DNA from: Mobula hypostoma
Lineage: Eukaryota
DNA length: 64,000 nucleotides
Assembly (NCBI RefSeq): GCF_963921235.1
Contig: NC_086108.1
Coordinates: 30,196,001 to 30,260,000, forward strand
Direction: 5' to 3'
Part shown: positions 35,849 through 47,516 of the stretch, piece after piece
Layout: each line of letters opens with the position of its first letter
Numbering within the stretch: position 1 is the first letter of the stretch
The notes under the pieces: generated by a model
Told to the model about the DNA's origin: nothing
Database searches by the model: none
The model's input: the letters and a program-made list of their open reading frames with translations, nothing else
Position numbers and translations under genes: made by a program

Positions 35849-38800
35849 TTAGGGAATGAGATAGGTCAGGTGATGGAGGTTTGTGTTGGGGAGCACTTCG
35901 GGTCCAGTGATCACAATGCAATTAGTTTCAATATAATTATGGAGAAGGATAGGTCTGGACTGACTGTAAAAGCTTTTATAGAAATGTAAAAAGGAAAAGA
36001 CTGGTAAAGCCAATGTAGGTCCCCTACAGACAGAAACAGGTGAATTGATTATGGGGAGCAAAGACATGGCAGACCAATTGAATAATTACTTTGGTTCTGT
36101 CTTCACTAAGGAGGACATAAATAATCTTCCAGAAATAGTAGGGGACAGAGGGTCCAGTGAGATGGAGGAACTGAGCGAAATACATGTTAGTAGGGAAGTG
36201 GTGTTAGGTAAATTGAAGGGATTGAAGGCAGATAAATCCCCAGGGCCAGATGGTCTGCATCCCAGAGTGCTTAAGGAAGTAGCCCAAGAAATAGTGGATG
36301 CATTAGTGATAATTTTTCAAAACTCGTTAGATTCTGGACGAGTTCCTGAGGATTGGAGGGTGGCTAATGTAACCCCACTTTTTAAAAAAGGAGGGAGAGA
36401 GAAACCGGGTAATTATAGACCAGTTAGCCTAACGTCGGTGGTTGGGAAACTGCTGGAGTCAGTTACCAAAGATGTGATAACAGCACATTTGGAAAGCGGT
36501 GAAATCATCGGACAAAGTCAGCATGGATTTGTGAAAGGAAAATCATGTCTGACGAATCTCATAGAATTTTTTGAGGATGTAACTAGTAGAGTGGATAGGG
36601 GAGAACCAGTGGATGTGGTATATTTGGATTTTCAAAAGGCTTTTGACAAGGTCCCACACAGGAGATTAGTGTGCAAACTTAAAGCACACGGTATTGGGGG
36701 CAAGGTATTGATGTGGATAGAGAATTGGTTAGCAGACAGGAAGCAAAGAGTGGGAATAAACGGGACCTTTTCAGAATGGCAGGCAGTGACTAGTGGGGTA
36801 CCGCAAGGCTCGTGCTGGGACCCCAGTTGTTTACAATATATATTAATGACTTGGATGAGAGAATTAAATGCAGCATCTCCAAGTTTGCGGATGACACGAA
36901 GCTGGGTGGCAGTGTTAGCTGTGAGGAGGATGCTAAGAGGATGCAGAGTGACTTGGATAGGTTGGGTGAGTGGGCAAATTCATGGCAGATGCAATTTAAT
37001 GTGGATAAATGTGAAGTTATCCACTTTGGTGGCAAAAATAGGAAAACAGATTATTATCTGAATGGTGGCCGATTAGGAAAAGGGGAGGTGCAACGAGACC
37101 TGGGTGTCATTATACACCAGTCATTGAAAGTGGACATGCAGGTACAGCAGGCGGTGAAAAAGGCGAATGGTATGCTGGCATTTATAGCGAGAGGATTCGA
37201 GTACAGGAGCAGAGAGGTACTACTGCAGTTGTACAAGGCCTTGGTGAGACCACACCTGGAGTATTGTGTGCAGTTTTGGTCCCCTAATCTGAGGAAAGAC
37301 ATCCTTGCCATAGAGGGAGTACAAAGAAGGTTCACCAGATTGATTCCTGGGATGGCAGGACTTTCATATGAAGAAAGACTGGATGAACTGGGCTTGTACT
37401 CGTTGGAATTTAGAAGATTGAGGGGGGATCTGATTGAAACGTATAAGATCCTAAAGGGATTGGACAGGCTAGATGCAGGAAGATTTTTCCCGATGTTGGG
37501 GAAGTCCAGAACAAGAGGTCACAGTTTGAGGATAAAGGGGAAGCCTTTTAGGACCGAGATGAGGAAAAACTTCTTCACACAGAGAGTGGTGAATCTGTGG
37601 AATTCTCTGCCACAGGAAACAGTTGAGGCCAGTTCATTGGCTATATTTAAGAGGGAGTTAGATATGGCCCTTGTGGCTAAAGGGATCAGGGGGTATGGAG
37701 GGAAGGCTGGGTCAGGATTCTGAGTTGGATGATCAGCCATGATCATAATAAATGACGGTGCAGGCTCAAAGGGCCGAATGGCCTACTCCTGCACCTATTT
37801 TCTATGTTTCTATGACCCAGGGTTAAGATTTTTGATTGGAGAAAGGTTAACTTTAAGGAGATGCGAAAGGATTTAGAAGGAGTGGATTGGGAAAATTTGT
37901 TTTAATGGAAGGATGTAATAGAGAAATGGAGGTCATTTAAAGGTGAAATTTTGAGGGTACAGAATCTTTATGTTCCTGTTAGGTTAAAAGGAAAGGTTAA
38001 AAGTTTAAGAGAGCCATGGTTTTCAAGGGATATTGGAAACTTGGTTCAGAAAAAGAAAGATATCTACAATAAATATAGGCAGCATGGAGTAAATGAGGTG
38101 CTTGGGGAATACAAAGAATGTATAAAGAATCTTAAAAAATAAACTAGAAAAGCTAAAAGATACGAGGTTTCTTTGGCAAGTAAGGTGAAAATAAATCCAA
38201 AGGGTTTTTACAGTTATATTAATAGCAAAAGGATAGTGAGGGATAAAATTGGTCCCTTAGAGAATCAGAGTGGACAACTATGTGTGGAGCCAAAAGAGAT
38301 GGAGGAGATCTTGAACAATTTCTTTTCTTCGGTATTCACTAAGGAGAAGGATATTGAATTGTGTAAGGTAAGGGAAACAGGTAGGGAAGTTATGGAATAT
38401 ATGATGATTAAAGAAGAGGAAGTACTGGCGCTTTTAAGGAATATAAAAGTGGATAAGTCTCCGGGTCCTGACAGGATATTCCCTAGGACCTTGAGGGAAG
38501 TTAGTGTGGAAAGAGCAGGGGCTCTGACAGAAATATTTCAAATGTCATTAGAAATGGGGATGGTGCCAGAGGATTGGTGTATTGCTTATGTTGTTCCATT
38601 GTTTAAAAAGGGTTCTAAGAGTAAACCTAGCATTTATCGGCCTGAGTTTGACGTCAGTGGTGGGTAAATTGATGGAAGGTATTCTTAGAGATGGTATATA
38701 TAATTATCTGGATAGATAGGGTCTGATTAGGAACAGTCAACATGGATTTGTGCGTGGAAGGTCATGTTTGACAAATCTTATTGAATTTTTTGAAGAGGTT

Positions 38801-40004
38801 ACTAGGAAAGTTGACAAGGGTAAAGCGGTGGATGTTGTCTATGTGGACTTCAGTAAGGCCTTTGACAAGTTTCCACATGGAAGGTTAGTCAGGAAGGTTC
38901 AATCATTAGGTATTAATATTGAAGTAATAAAATGGATTCAGCAGTGGCTGGATGGGAGACGCCAGATTGTGGTGGATAACTGCTTGTCAGATTGGAGGCC
39001 GGTGACTAGTTGGGTGCCTCAGGGATCTGTAACTGGGTCTAATGCATTAATGATCTGGATGAAGGGGTGGTAAATTTGATTAGTAAGTATGCAGATGATA
39101 CTAAGATAGGTGGCATTGTGAATAATGAAGTAGGTTTTCAAAGCTTGCAGAGAGATTTAGGCCAGTTAGAAGAGTGGGCTGAAAGATGGCAGATGGAGTT
39201 TAATGCTGATAAATGTGAGCTGCTACATTTTGGTAGGACTAATCAAAATAGGACATATATGGTAAATGGTAGGGCATTGAGGAATGCAGTAGAACAGAAG
39301 GACCTAGGAATAATGGTGCATAGTTCCCTGAAGGTGGAATGATGTGGATAGGGTGGTGAAGAAAGCTTTTGGTATGTTGGCCTTTATAAATCAGAGCATT
39401 GAGTATAGGAGTTGGGATGTAATGTTGAAATTGTTCCACGCATTGGTGAGGCCAAATTTGGAGTATTGTGTACAGTTCTGGTCACCGAATTATAGCAAAG
39501 ATGTCAACAAAATAGAGAGAGTACAGAGAAGATTTACTGGAACGTTACCTGAGTTTCACCACCTAAGTTACAGAGAAAGGTTGAACAAGTTGGGTCTTTA
39601 TTCTTTGGAGCATAGAAGGGTGAGGAGGGACTTGATAGAGGTATTTAAAATTATGAGGGGGATTGATAGAGTTGACGTGGATAGGCTTTTTCCTTTGAGA
39701 GTGGGGGAGATTCAAACAAGAGGACATGAGTTGAGAGTTAAAGGGCAAAAGTTTAGGGGTAACATGAGGGGAACTTCTTTACTCAGAGAGTGGTAGCTGT
39801 GTGGAACGAGCTTCCAGCAGAAGTGGTTGAGGCAGGTTCGATGTTGTCATTTAAAGTTAAATTGGATAGCTATACGGACAGGAAAGGAATGGAGGGTTAT
39901 GGGCTGAGTGCAGGTCGGTGGGACTATGTGAGAGTAAGCATTTAGCATGGACTAGAAGGGCCGAGATGACCTGCTTCCGTGCTGTAATTGTTATATGGTT
40001 ATAT
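35849..40004 (+). mobile_element. 5'-truncated CR1, same subfamily as 29213-33240, interrupted at 35961-37813
   Basis: 35851-35960 and 37814-40004 match the reverse complement of 29213-31260. RT ORFs at 38173-39796. Confidence 0.93.
35961..37813 (+). mobile_element. Young 5'-truncated CR1 (second subfamily) with a nearly intact RT
   Basis: ORFs 36045-37061 and 36812-37723 join through a single 1-nt frameshift at GVPQGS|VLGP. (tttctatg)n tail. Confidence 0.95.
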
Positions 40005-40509
40005 GGGTATGATGAAATGGAGCATACCCGATGGGCTAAACAGCCTAATTCTGCTCCTATGTCTTACGCGTGAAGTGGTAATGAGTCTTTCACCAGGGCA
40101 GCAAGGAGGCAGTGGGTATCAGTGAGTATGGCAACAAGAAGGCAGACTACGGCTTGTGTGTCATTATACATGACTATAAATAGCAATATCTGGTGATGTG
40201 CACTTCAAATTTAAAAAATCCCTCAGACGTAGTTTCTTTTGTAAATGTGACAAGCCATCTAACATTTTTAGGGACAGATGTTTGCCTATTATTACTATTT
40301 TAGTTTGCTGCAATGCAGTGTCAGAGCTGTACATCCCAATCTGATTCAGTCCAGAACAGCCCCAGTCAAGGTACAAGACTCAATCCATTCCCTCACTGCC
40401 TACTCTGGGCTCATAACTCACGCAATCCCGGACGTTCTCATCTATATTGTTATGTCACTACTGTCCAACACTCACTATAATGCACCAGATCTCATTTCCT
40501 GTTCGAAGT

Positions 40510-41312
40510 GTGTGGTTCACTTTAGTGTTAGTACCTCCCCACTAATCTCCCTTCTGCCACTTATCCCTGCAAGTGGCCAAGGTGCTACACCTGCCCATTC
40601 ACCTCCATTCGGGCCCCAAATAGTCCTTCCATAAGTCCATAAAAACAAGATATAGGAGCAGAAGTAGGCCATTTTTAGGTGAGGCAAAACTTCACCTGTA
40701 AATCTGCGGGGATCATCTATTGTATCTGGGGCTGCCATTGTGGCCTCCTCTGCATTAGTAAGAACCAAAGTAAGTCGGATACTGCTTCATCAAGCACCTC
40801 AGCTTCATCTGACAAAAGCTGAACTTCCTAGTGGCCAAACATTTTAATTATGATTCCCATTCCCATCTGCCATGTTGGTCCATGGCTTCCTCTTGTGCCA
40901 TGATATTCCATCTGGGAAGCCTCTAACCTGATGGCATGAGTATTGATTTTTCCCTCTGGTAAAAAAAAAATTCCCTCCCCTTCCCCTCTTCTTCAATTCC
41001 CCAGACTGGACTCTTACCTCTTCTCACCTGCCTATCACCTCCCCCTGGGTCCCCTCCACTTTTCCTTCCTCCTATGGTCCACTCACCTCTCCTATCAGAT
41101 TCCGTTTCTCCAGCCATTTACCTCTTCTACCCACCTGTCTTCACCTATCACCTTCTACCTATCCTCCTTCTCCTCAACCCACCGTTTTTTATTCTGCATC
41201 TTCCCCCTTCCTTTCCAGTCCTGAAGAAGGGTATTGGCCAGAAACATCAACTGTTTATTCGTTTCCATAGATGCTGCCTGACTTGCTAAGTTCCTCTGGC
41301 ATTTTGTGTATG
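40510..41312 (+). mobile_element. Penelope GIY-YIG remnant plus pLTR with a degenerate hammerhead (41216-41253)
   Basis: CYTCPFTS..VRQNFTCKSAGIIYCIW..PVAKHFN..PDGMSIDF, then cagtcCTGAAGAagggtattggccaGAAAcatcaactg. Confidence 0.8.
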
Positions 41313-41769
41313 TGCGGCTGTTACAACAACTGTACTTTTACTTTATCTCGTCCCACCATTTAGCATCTCAAAACCTCCCTTTGGCTGGACAGCAATTTGT
41401 GTGCATTTCTCCTGCACTTAATGCTCACAATGTGGTCTCCTTTCCATCAGGGCAGACGGGGAAAACACTTTGCAGTATATCTCAGGTCAACTTAAAAGAG
41501 TAATTCTGAGCTTCAAATGCCCTTAATTCTCCCTCCCAATCTCACCCACATTGCCTTTTCTCCTGTGGCCTTCTATCTTTGTTTATATTAGAGATACAGA
41601 AAGGTAACAGGCATTTTCAACCTAACAAGCCTGTGCTGCCCAGTTATTCCACGTGACCAGTTAACCTACTGAGTCATATATTTTTGATGTGAGAGGAATC
41701 CCGAGCACCCCAACAAACCCCAGTGTAAGCTCACAAAACAGCATCTCGCCATCTGACAGCATTTACCTC

Positions 41770-42072
41770 TCACAGCCTTTTTCCTAGGGCTGAAATGTCT
41801 AACACGAGAGGACACAGTTTTAAGGTGCTTGGAAGTAGGTACAGAGGAGATGTCAGGGGTAAGTTTTTTATGCAGAGAGTGGTGAGTGCGTGGAATGGGC
41901 TGATGGCGACGGTGGTGGAGGCGGATACAATAGGGTCTTTTAAGAGACTCCTGGATAGATACATGGAGCTTAGAAAAATAGAGGGCTATTTTCTAAAGTA
42001 AGGTAATTTCTAAAGTAAGCACATGTTCAGCACGGCATTAGGCTATTGTGCTGTAGGTTTTCTATGTTTCTA
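41770..42072 (+). mobile_element. CR1 3' end
   Basis: TRGHSFKV..FFMQRVVSAWNGL..SFKRLLDRYM and a (tttctatg) tail. Confidence 0.85.
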
Positions 42073-42574
42073 ACTCACTAGTGAAGATAACCCCAACCAC
42101 AAACTGTTCCAGCTGCTACCATCTGGGAAACCGTACCGCAGCATTAAAGCCAGGACCAACAGATGCCGAGACAGCTTCTTCCACCAGGACATCAGACTGA
42201 CTAATACACGCTAACACGTTTGTATTTCTAAGCTATATTGACTGTTCTGTTGTATATCTTACTGTACATACTATTTATTACAAATTGCAATCATTTGCAC
42301 ATTGCACATTCAGATGGAGTTGTAATGTAAAGATTTTTACTTCTCAGATATGTGAAGGATGTAAGAAATAAAGTCAATTTAATTCAATATTTTTAAATGC
42401 ATTCATATTTGTGATTCTGATCATTGCTGGCAAGGACAGTGTATATTTCCCATATGTAATTGCATTTAAGCAGATGCTGGTGAGCAGTCATCTTAGGATC
42501 AAAGTTGTACAGCACGGATGCAGGCTGCTTCTAAGTTAACAAATTTCACGACACATGCCGGTGATAAACCTGAT

Positions 42575-44795
42575 TCTGATTCTTCAGCCCACCGTGTCCA
42601 TGCCTTAATATGCAATTCCCATTGCCCACATCCAGTCTGTATTTTTCTATGCTTACGCGAGTGCCTGTTTAAATGTCTAGTAATCGTAGTGATTGTATCT
42701 GACTCCACAACCTCCTCTGGCAGTGACTTCCAGATATCCACCACCTCTTTGCATAAAACAAATTTCCCCTCTAATCAACTTTAAAACTCTTTACACTCAC
42801 TTCAAACCTATAACCTCTTGCTACTGATAAGCCTTCTATGCTGGGGTAGGGATACATGTCTATGAAAAGAGGTGTAAGGTGCTCCTTCCCTCTGCTAGCC
42901 CACAGGTCACCCTTGGGCAAGGTGTAGCACCTGCATAGAGCCCCTCCTCCCACCCCGATCAGGGTCATATGAAGTTGTGGGAGCGAGTGGTGGATGGGTG
43001 TATGACCAGCTGGTGCGTATCACAAGTCCTGGATATGTGACTACTAGGCAGCCAATGATAACGGCTGAGGTCACCTGTCTTGTAAAGACACTGGACAGAA
43101 GAAGGCAATGGCAATCGCTTCTGCAGAAAAATTTGCCAAGAACAATCCTGGTCATGGAAAGACCATGACCACCAACGTCATATGACATGGCACATAACGA
43201 ACGATCTATGGGAAAGAGATTCTGGCGATCTAGCCTATCCCTGTTTCTTAAAATTTTTAAATCTTTAATAGGTCACCCCTCTGCCACCTTTGCTCAAGGG
43301 AAAACAAACCTAGCCTCCCCATAACTGAAGTCCTCCAATACAGGAATCATCCCGCCAAATCTACTCTGCACCCTCTCCAGTGCAACTATATCGTCCCTAT
43401 ACTGTGAGGATCAGAACCACAAAGCATATTCCAAATACAGCTGAACTAGTGCTTTGTAAAGTTGCAGTATAACATTTAAATTTTCCCTGACCTATGAAAG
43501 TAAGCATGCCATGTGCTTTCTTCACCGCTCTACTTATCTCTGTTACTGCTCTCAGAGAACTATGGACATGCCACACACCCAATGGGCCCACTGCTCATCA
43601 ACATTCCTTACTCTATTTGTCCCACCCCTACTTACATTCCCAAAATGCATAATCTTTTTGGGATTAAATTCCATTTGTCTACATCCTGCTCCATTTTCCA
43701 TCTCAACTATATCTTGCTATAGGATGAGACAACTTTCCTTCCTATTTATCCACAATACAATCAACTTTCATGCCATCTGTAAATCTAGCAATCATACTTC
43801 AAATATTCTCATCCAAGACCTTAGTATCTATCAAAAACTTAGACTACTGGTTACAGACTTGCAATTGGAAAAGCATTCTTCCACCACTGTATCCTATCAC
43901 TTTGATCCAATTAACCAGTTCGTTAGATCCCATGTGCCTTTATCTGCTACCATGAAAGACCTTCTCAAATACCTTACATATATACATCATCTACTGGTCT
44001 GATTTTCATCACTCTAAGTTTCCCAAAAACACAGTTGAATAAATAAGGCAGGATTTCCCCTACACACAGTAACTTTGACTATCCCTAATCAGCCTCTGCC
44101 TTTCAGATTCAGATATAATTATCACATGTACATTGAAACATACTGTGAAATGTATCCTTTACATTAACAAGAATGTTCTGGAGGCAGCCCACAAGTATTG
44201 CCACATATTCTGGCGCCATTATGGTATGCTCACCATATTGCACCGAACAACACGAGCAACAGTAGAACATGACCACAGCAAAACAAGCCCCTTTCCCATC
44301 TCATCTACACACCCATTCACAAACCCAGAAAGACCTCTGATCCAGAGGCAGGCTACCTCCAAACCTCCAGTCCTTGTCTCCAGGTTCTCAGATTCCGTGT
44401 ATACAAGTCCTATCACTTCAGATTTTCTCTAATGATTTATCTACTACTGGTATAAGATTGACTGGCCTGTTGATACCTACCTTATCCCTAATTTTCTCTT
44501 GGAATTCACCGGTGGCTAGCGTAAAGGCAAAAATCGCTGTCTTGGCCACAACTACTGCGAAACTTCTCTTGCTTCCCATAACAACCTAGGGTATATCACA
44601 GCCAGCCCTGTGATTTATTAACTCATATGACATCCAACCTTTCCTCCTTCTCAGTACCAGACTTGCTCCAGATAATCTGCATACCTTTCCCTGAAGTCAC
44701 CACCTCCCTTGTCCTTTTCTTCGGTGAATACAGATAAGTATTTACTTAGGATCTCACCTGCATCACCTGGCTCCGCACATTAATGACCCTTTTGG
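42575..44795 (-). mobile_element. Degenerate CR1 RT region with smaller insertions
   Basis: VDIWKSLPEEVVESDT and AVKKAHGMLTFI fragments. Confidence 0.7.
42841..43204 (+). mobile_element. RTE/BovB-tail-like short retroelement inserted in a minus-strand CR1
   Basis: tctatg is duplicated at 42835-42840 and 43205-43210. 3' gaaggcaatggcaa...ttgcc motif and (acga)n tail. Confidence 0.55.
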
Positions 44796-44943
44796 ACATA
44801 TTCAAGAGATGGTGCCTCAAGAGGTTAGCATTCATCAGGAAGGACTCTCAACATTCAGGACAAGCTCTCCTTGCATTACTAACACGAGGGAGGAGGTACA
44901 GGAACCTGAAGACCCACACTCAATGATTCAGAAACAGCTTCTT

Positions 44944-45926
44944 TTCAAATCTTTTTATTGTTATATTATACAAAAAAATAACATGAGTACATTGAAGTAA
45001 CAACACTAACAATGTCTCAAAAAAAGACATTATCTTAAAGATTGAAAAAAAAATTTTTGTGATAACAAAAAAAACCTACTAAGCAGAAAAGTGAGGAAAA
45101 AAAGAACCCATTCGGTGTACAACCCCGGAGTCATGCATCATACAAAAAGCTTCTAAAAATAAACATCGAACCGCCAGCAAGAAAAGAAAATATTAGTAAC
45201 AAAGTAGAGTGACCTTGTAAAGGAAACAATAAAGTCTCAGCAAAGGTATTTACGTTCCATCAACTAATAAACAAGAAAGAACCAAAATAATGTTATCTCT
45301 TAGCGAGAAAAACCAGCGCCATCTTAAAGTTTAATATTAATTCCCTAAAAAAGCTTTAAATTCAATTATAAAATGTTATAATAAAACAGAAAAAAAATTA
45401 ATAGTCTATTTGACCCAGGTGAATTTTCAAAAAGTCTGATTAATAATAAGTAATTAAATCCTCCCAAATATATATATAAAAAATATATAAAGCCCTATTT
45501 ATATATATAAAGCCCTATTAGTAGGGAAAAACTACTAATTAGCTGATTAAAAAAAGAAACAAACCAAGTATTAAATTAAAGGAACAAATCCCCTTATCTT
45601 CTTCTCTCAGTCAGATGTTCAGATGATCATTTAGACTGTCATACTTGAGGCATAAATCTTCTTTCCAAAGGAAAACCAACAATATGCAATAATGAACTCT
45701 CCTTGTCTTTTTTAATAAGTCTCTGAATGAAATACACAAATAACCTTCATAAATTTTCTTTCCAAAATGCGAATAATATACAGATAGCCAAACAGCCTTT
45801 CAGATAGTTCATTCAGCAGCGGCGTCAGTAACAGTGGCGGGTATAGCCTGAACAAAGTCCAGTGCAGCTTTTGGATCAAAAAAAGTACGAGGAGGAGAAT
45901 TAGCAGGAAAACTTTAAAACAGGAAA
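44944..45926 (-). mobile_element. L1-related element retaining only an ORF1-like C-terminus plus a long AT-rich 3' region (HAL1-like), inserted in a Rex 3' end
   Basis: 8-bp TSD agcttctt (44936-44943 and 45927-45934). Minus strand 45910-45809 reads FPANSPPRTFFDPKAALDFVQAIPATVTDAAAE*. 3' end aataaaaagatttgaaaa. Confidence 0.55.
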
Positions 45927-46419
45927 AGCTTCTTCCCCTCTGCCATCAGATTTCTGAATGCTCCATGAACACAGTCTTATTATTCCTTTTTACTTTGCAC
46001 ACTTTATTTATTTTATCATTTACAGAAACTTCATGTCTGCACTGCTGCCAAAAATCAACAAATTTCCTGTTATGTAAGAAAGTGATAAACCTGATTCTGA
46101 TGAACACCCACTATTTGCCTGACTATATCCTTGCTCCTGATATTAGAATGTATTATAATTCTCTATAATCTTATTTGCCAAGCGTATTTCATGGCCCCTT
46201 TTTTGCTCTCCTAATTTCTTCGTTATCTCCTCTCCTACACACTCTGTATTCCTCAAAGGATTATTGGATCCCATTTGCCTATACCTATCACATGTTTCCT
46301 TTGTTTCCCAATCAAACTTTGTCCCAACCTTACCATTTTTTGCTTTTCGCCCCTACTGCTACAGGTGGCCCCGAGCTCTTACTATCTTTTAACAATTAAC
46401 ACTTGTCAGTAACTGTTCC

Positions 46420-46818
46420 CAGTGCAAGGCCCTCACTTACACACTCGTCAGCCTGGGAAGGCAGTCCATCTAAGAGAGGGAAAACTCTGATTTCAAACCT
46501 CCGCTGACTTGCGGCCATATCCACTCATGGGAAAGGCTTCGGGAGTAAACCCTGCGGACAAATCCAGAGCTGGCGTCCCTAAAGCAGTGTCACGTTGCTT
46601 TCAACCTTGTTCTGGCAACTCCTGCGACAACACTGGTGCCAAGCTGTATCGGCCCTTGCCCTTCCCTTGGACAGCATCGGTGTCGTGGCAAGGGGAGACT
46701 TGCTGCATGGGCAACTGCCGGTCTTCCATACAACCTTGCCCAGGCCTGCGCCCTGGAGAGGACACTCCAGACTTTCCAGGCGCAGATCCATGGTCTCGCG
46801 AGACTAACGGATGCTACC
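46420..46818 (+). mobile_element. GC-rich non-autonomous retroelement, probably RTE-derived
   Basis: Discrete GC/CpG-richer block with gtcgtggcaagggg..cttgc..gggcaac motifs like RTE 5' UTRs. The family assignment is from recall. Confidence 0.4.
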
Positions 46819-47516
46819 ACAGTATTTTATTTCTGCCACAAAGCACCAAATTTCACAGCATGCATATACCACTGATAATAAACTAGATTCTAATTCTGTT
46901 CCCAGAGCATTGCGCCACCACCTGTCCAGCTTGCAATCTTCATGGTTGATGTGGTTCCTTTGAAGGCATTCCCACAGTGCTACACTTTTCAATGCCTTGG
47001 TAAAGCAGGCAGAATAATCAAAGATCTCACCTCCCCTGGACATCTTCTCTTCCCCCATCCCACTGGGCAGAAGATGTATCTCCAGGCTCAGGGACAGTTT
47101 GTATTCTACTGTTACAAGGATATTGGATGGTTCCCTAGCATGATAAGATGAACAATTGAACTCATGGTCTAGTTCATTGTGATCTTGTATTTTACTGTCT
47201 ACCTGCACTACATTTTCTCTGTATTGTAACATGTTATTCTGCTCTCTTATTATTTTGCCTTGCGCTACCTTGATGCACTGTTGTAATGAATTAACCTATA
47301 TGATAGTATGCAAAATAAGTCTTTTACTCTACCTCAGTACACGTTACCTTAATGAACCATTCCAATCCAACTTGGATATAGTTGCAAAATTTGTTGATGT
47401 TGCAAAGCTAGGTAGGAAATTAAATTGTGAAGAAAATAAAGAAGTGGCTGAGAAATAATAATAGACTACATAAGTGGTCAAACATTTGTTAAGTAATGTT
47501 TAAAAATATGAAATTA

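Noticed and set aside
36045..37723. Long RT ORFs as a domesticated gene or programmed frameshift
   Set aside because: This is a 5'-truncated CR1 with a typical tail. The shift is a 1-nt loss in the conserved QGSVLGP motif with no slippery site.
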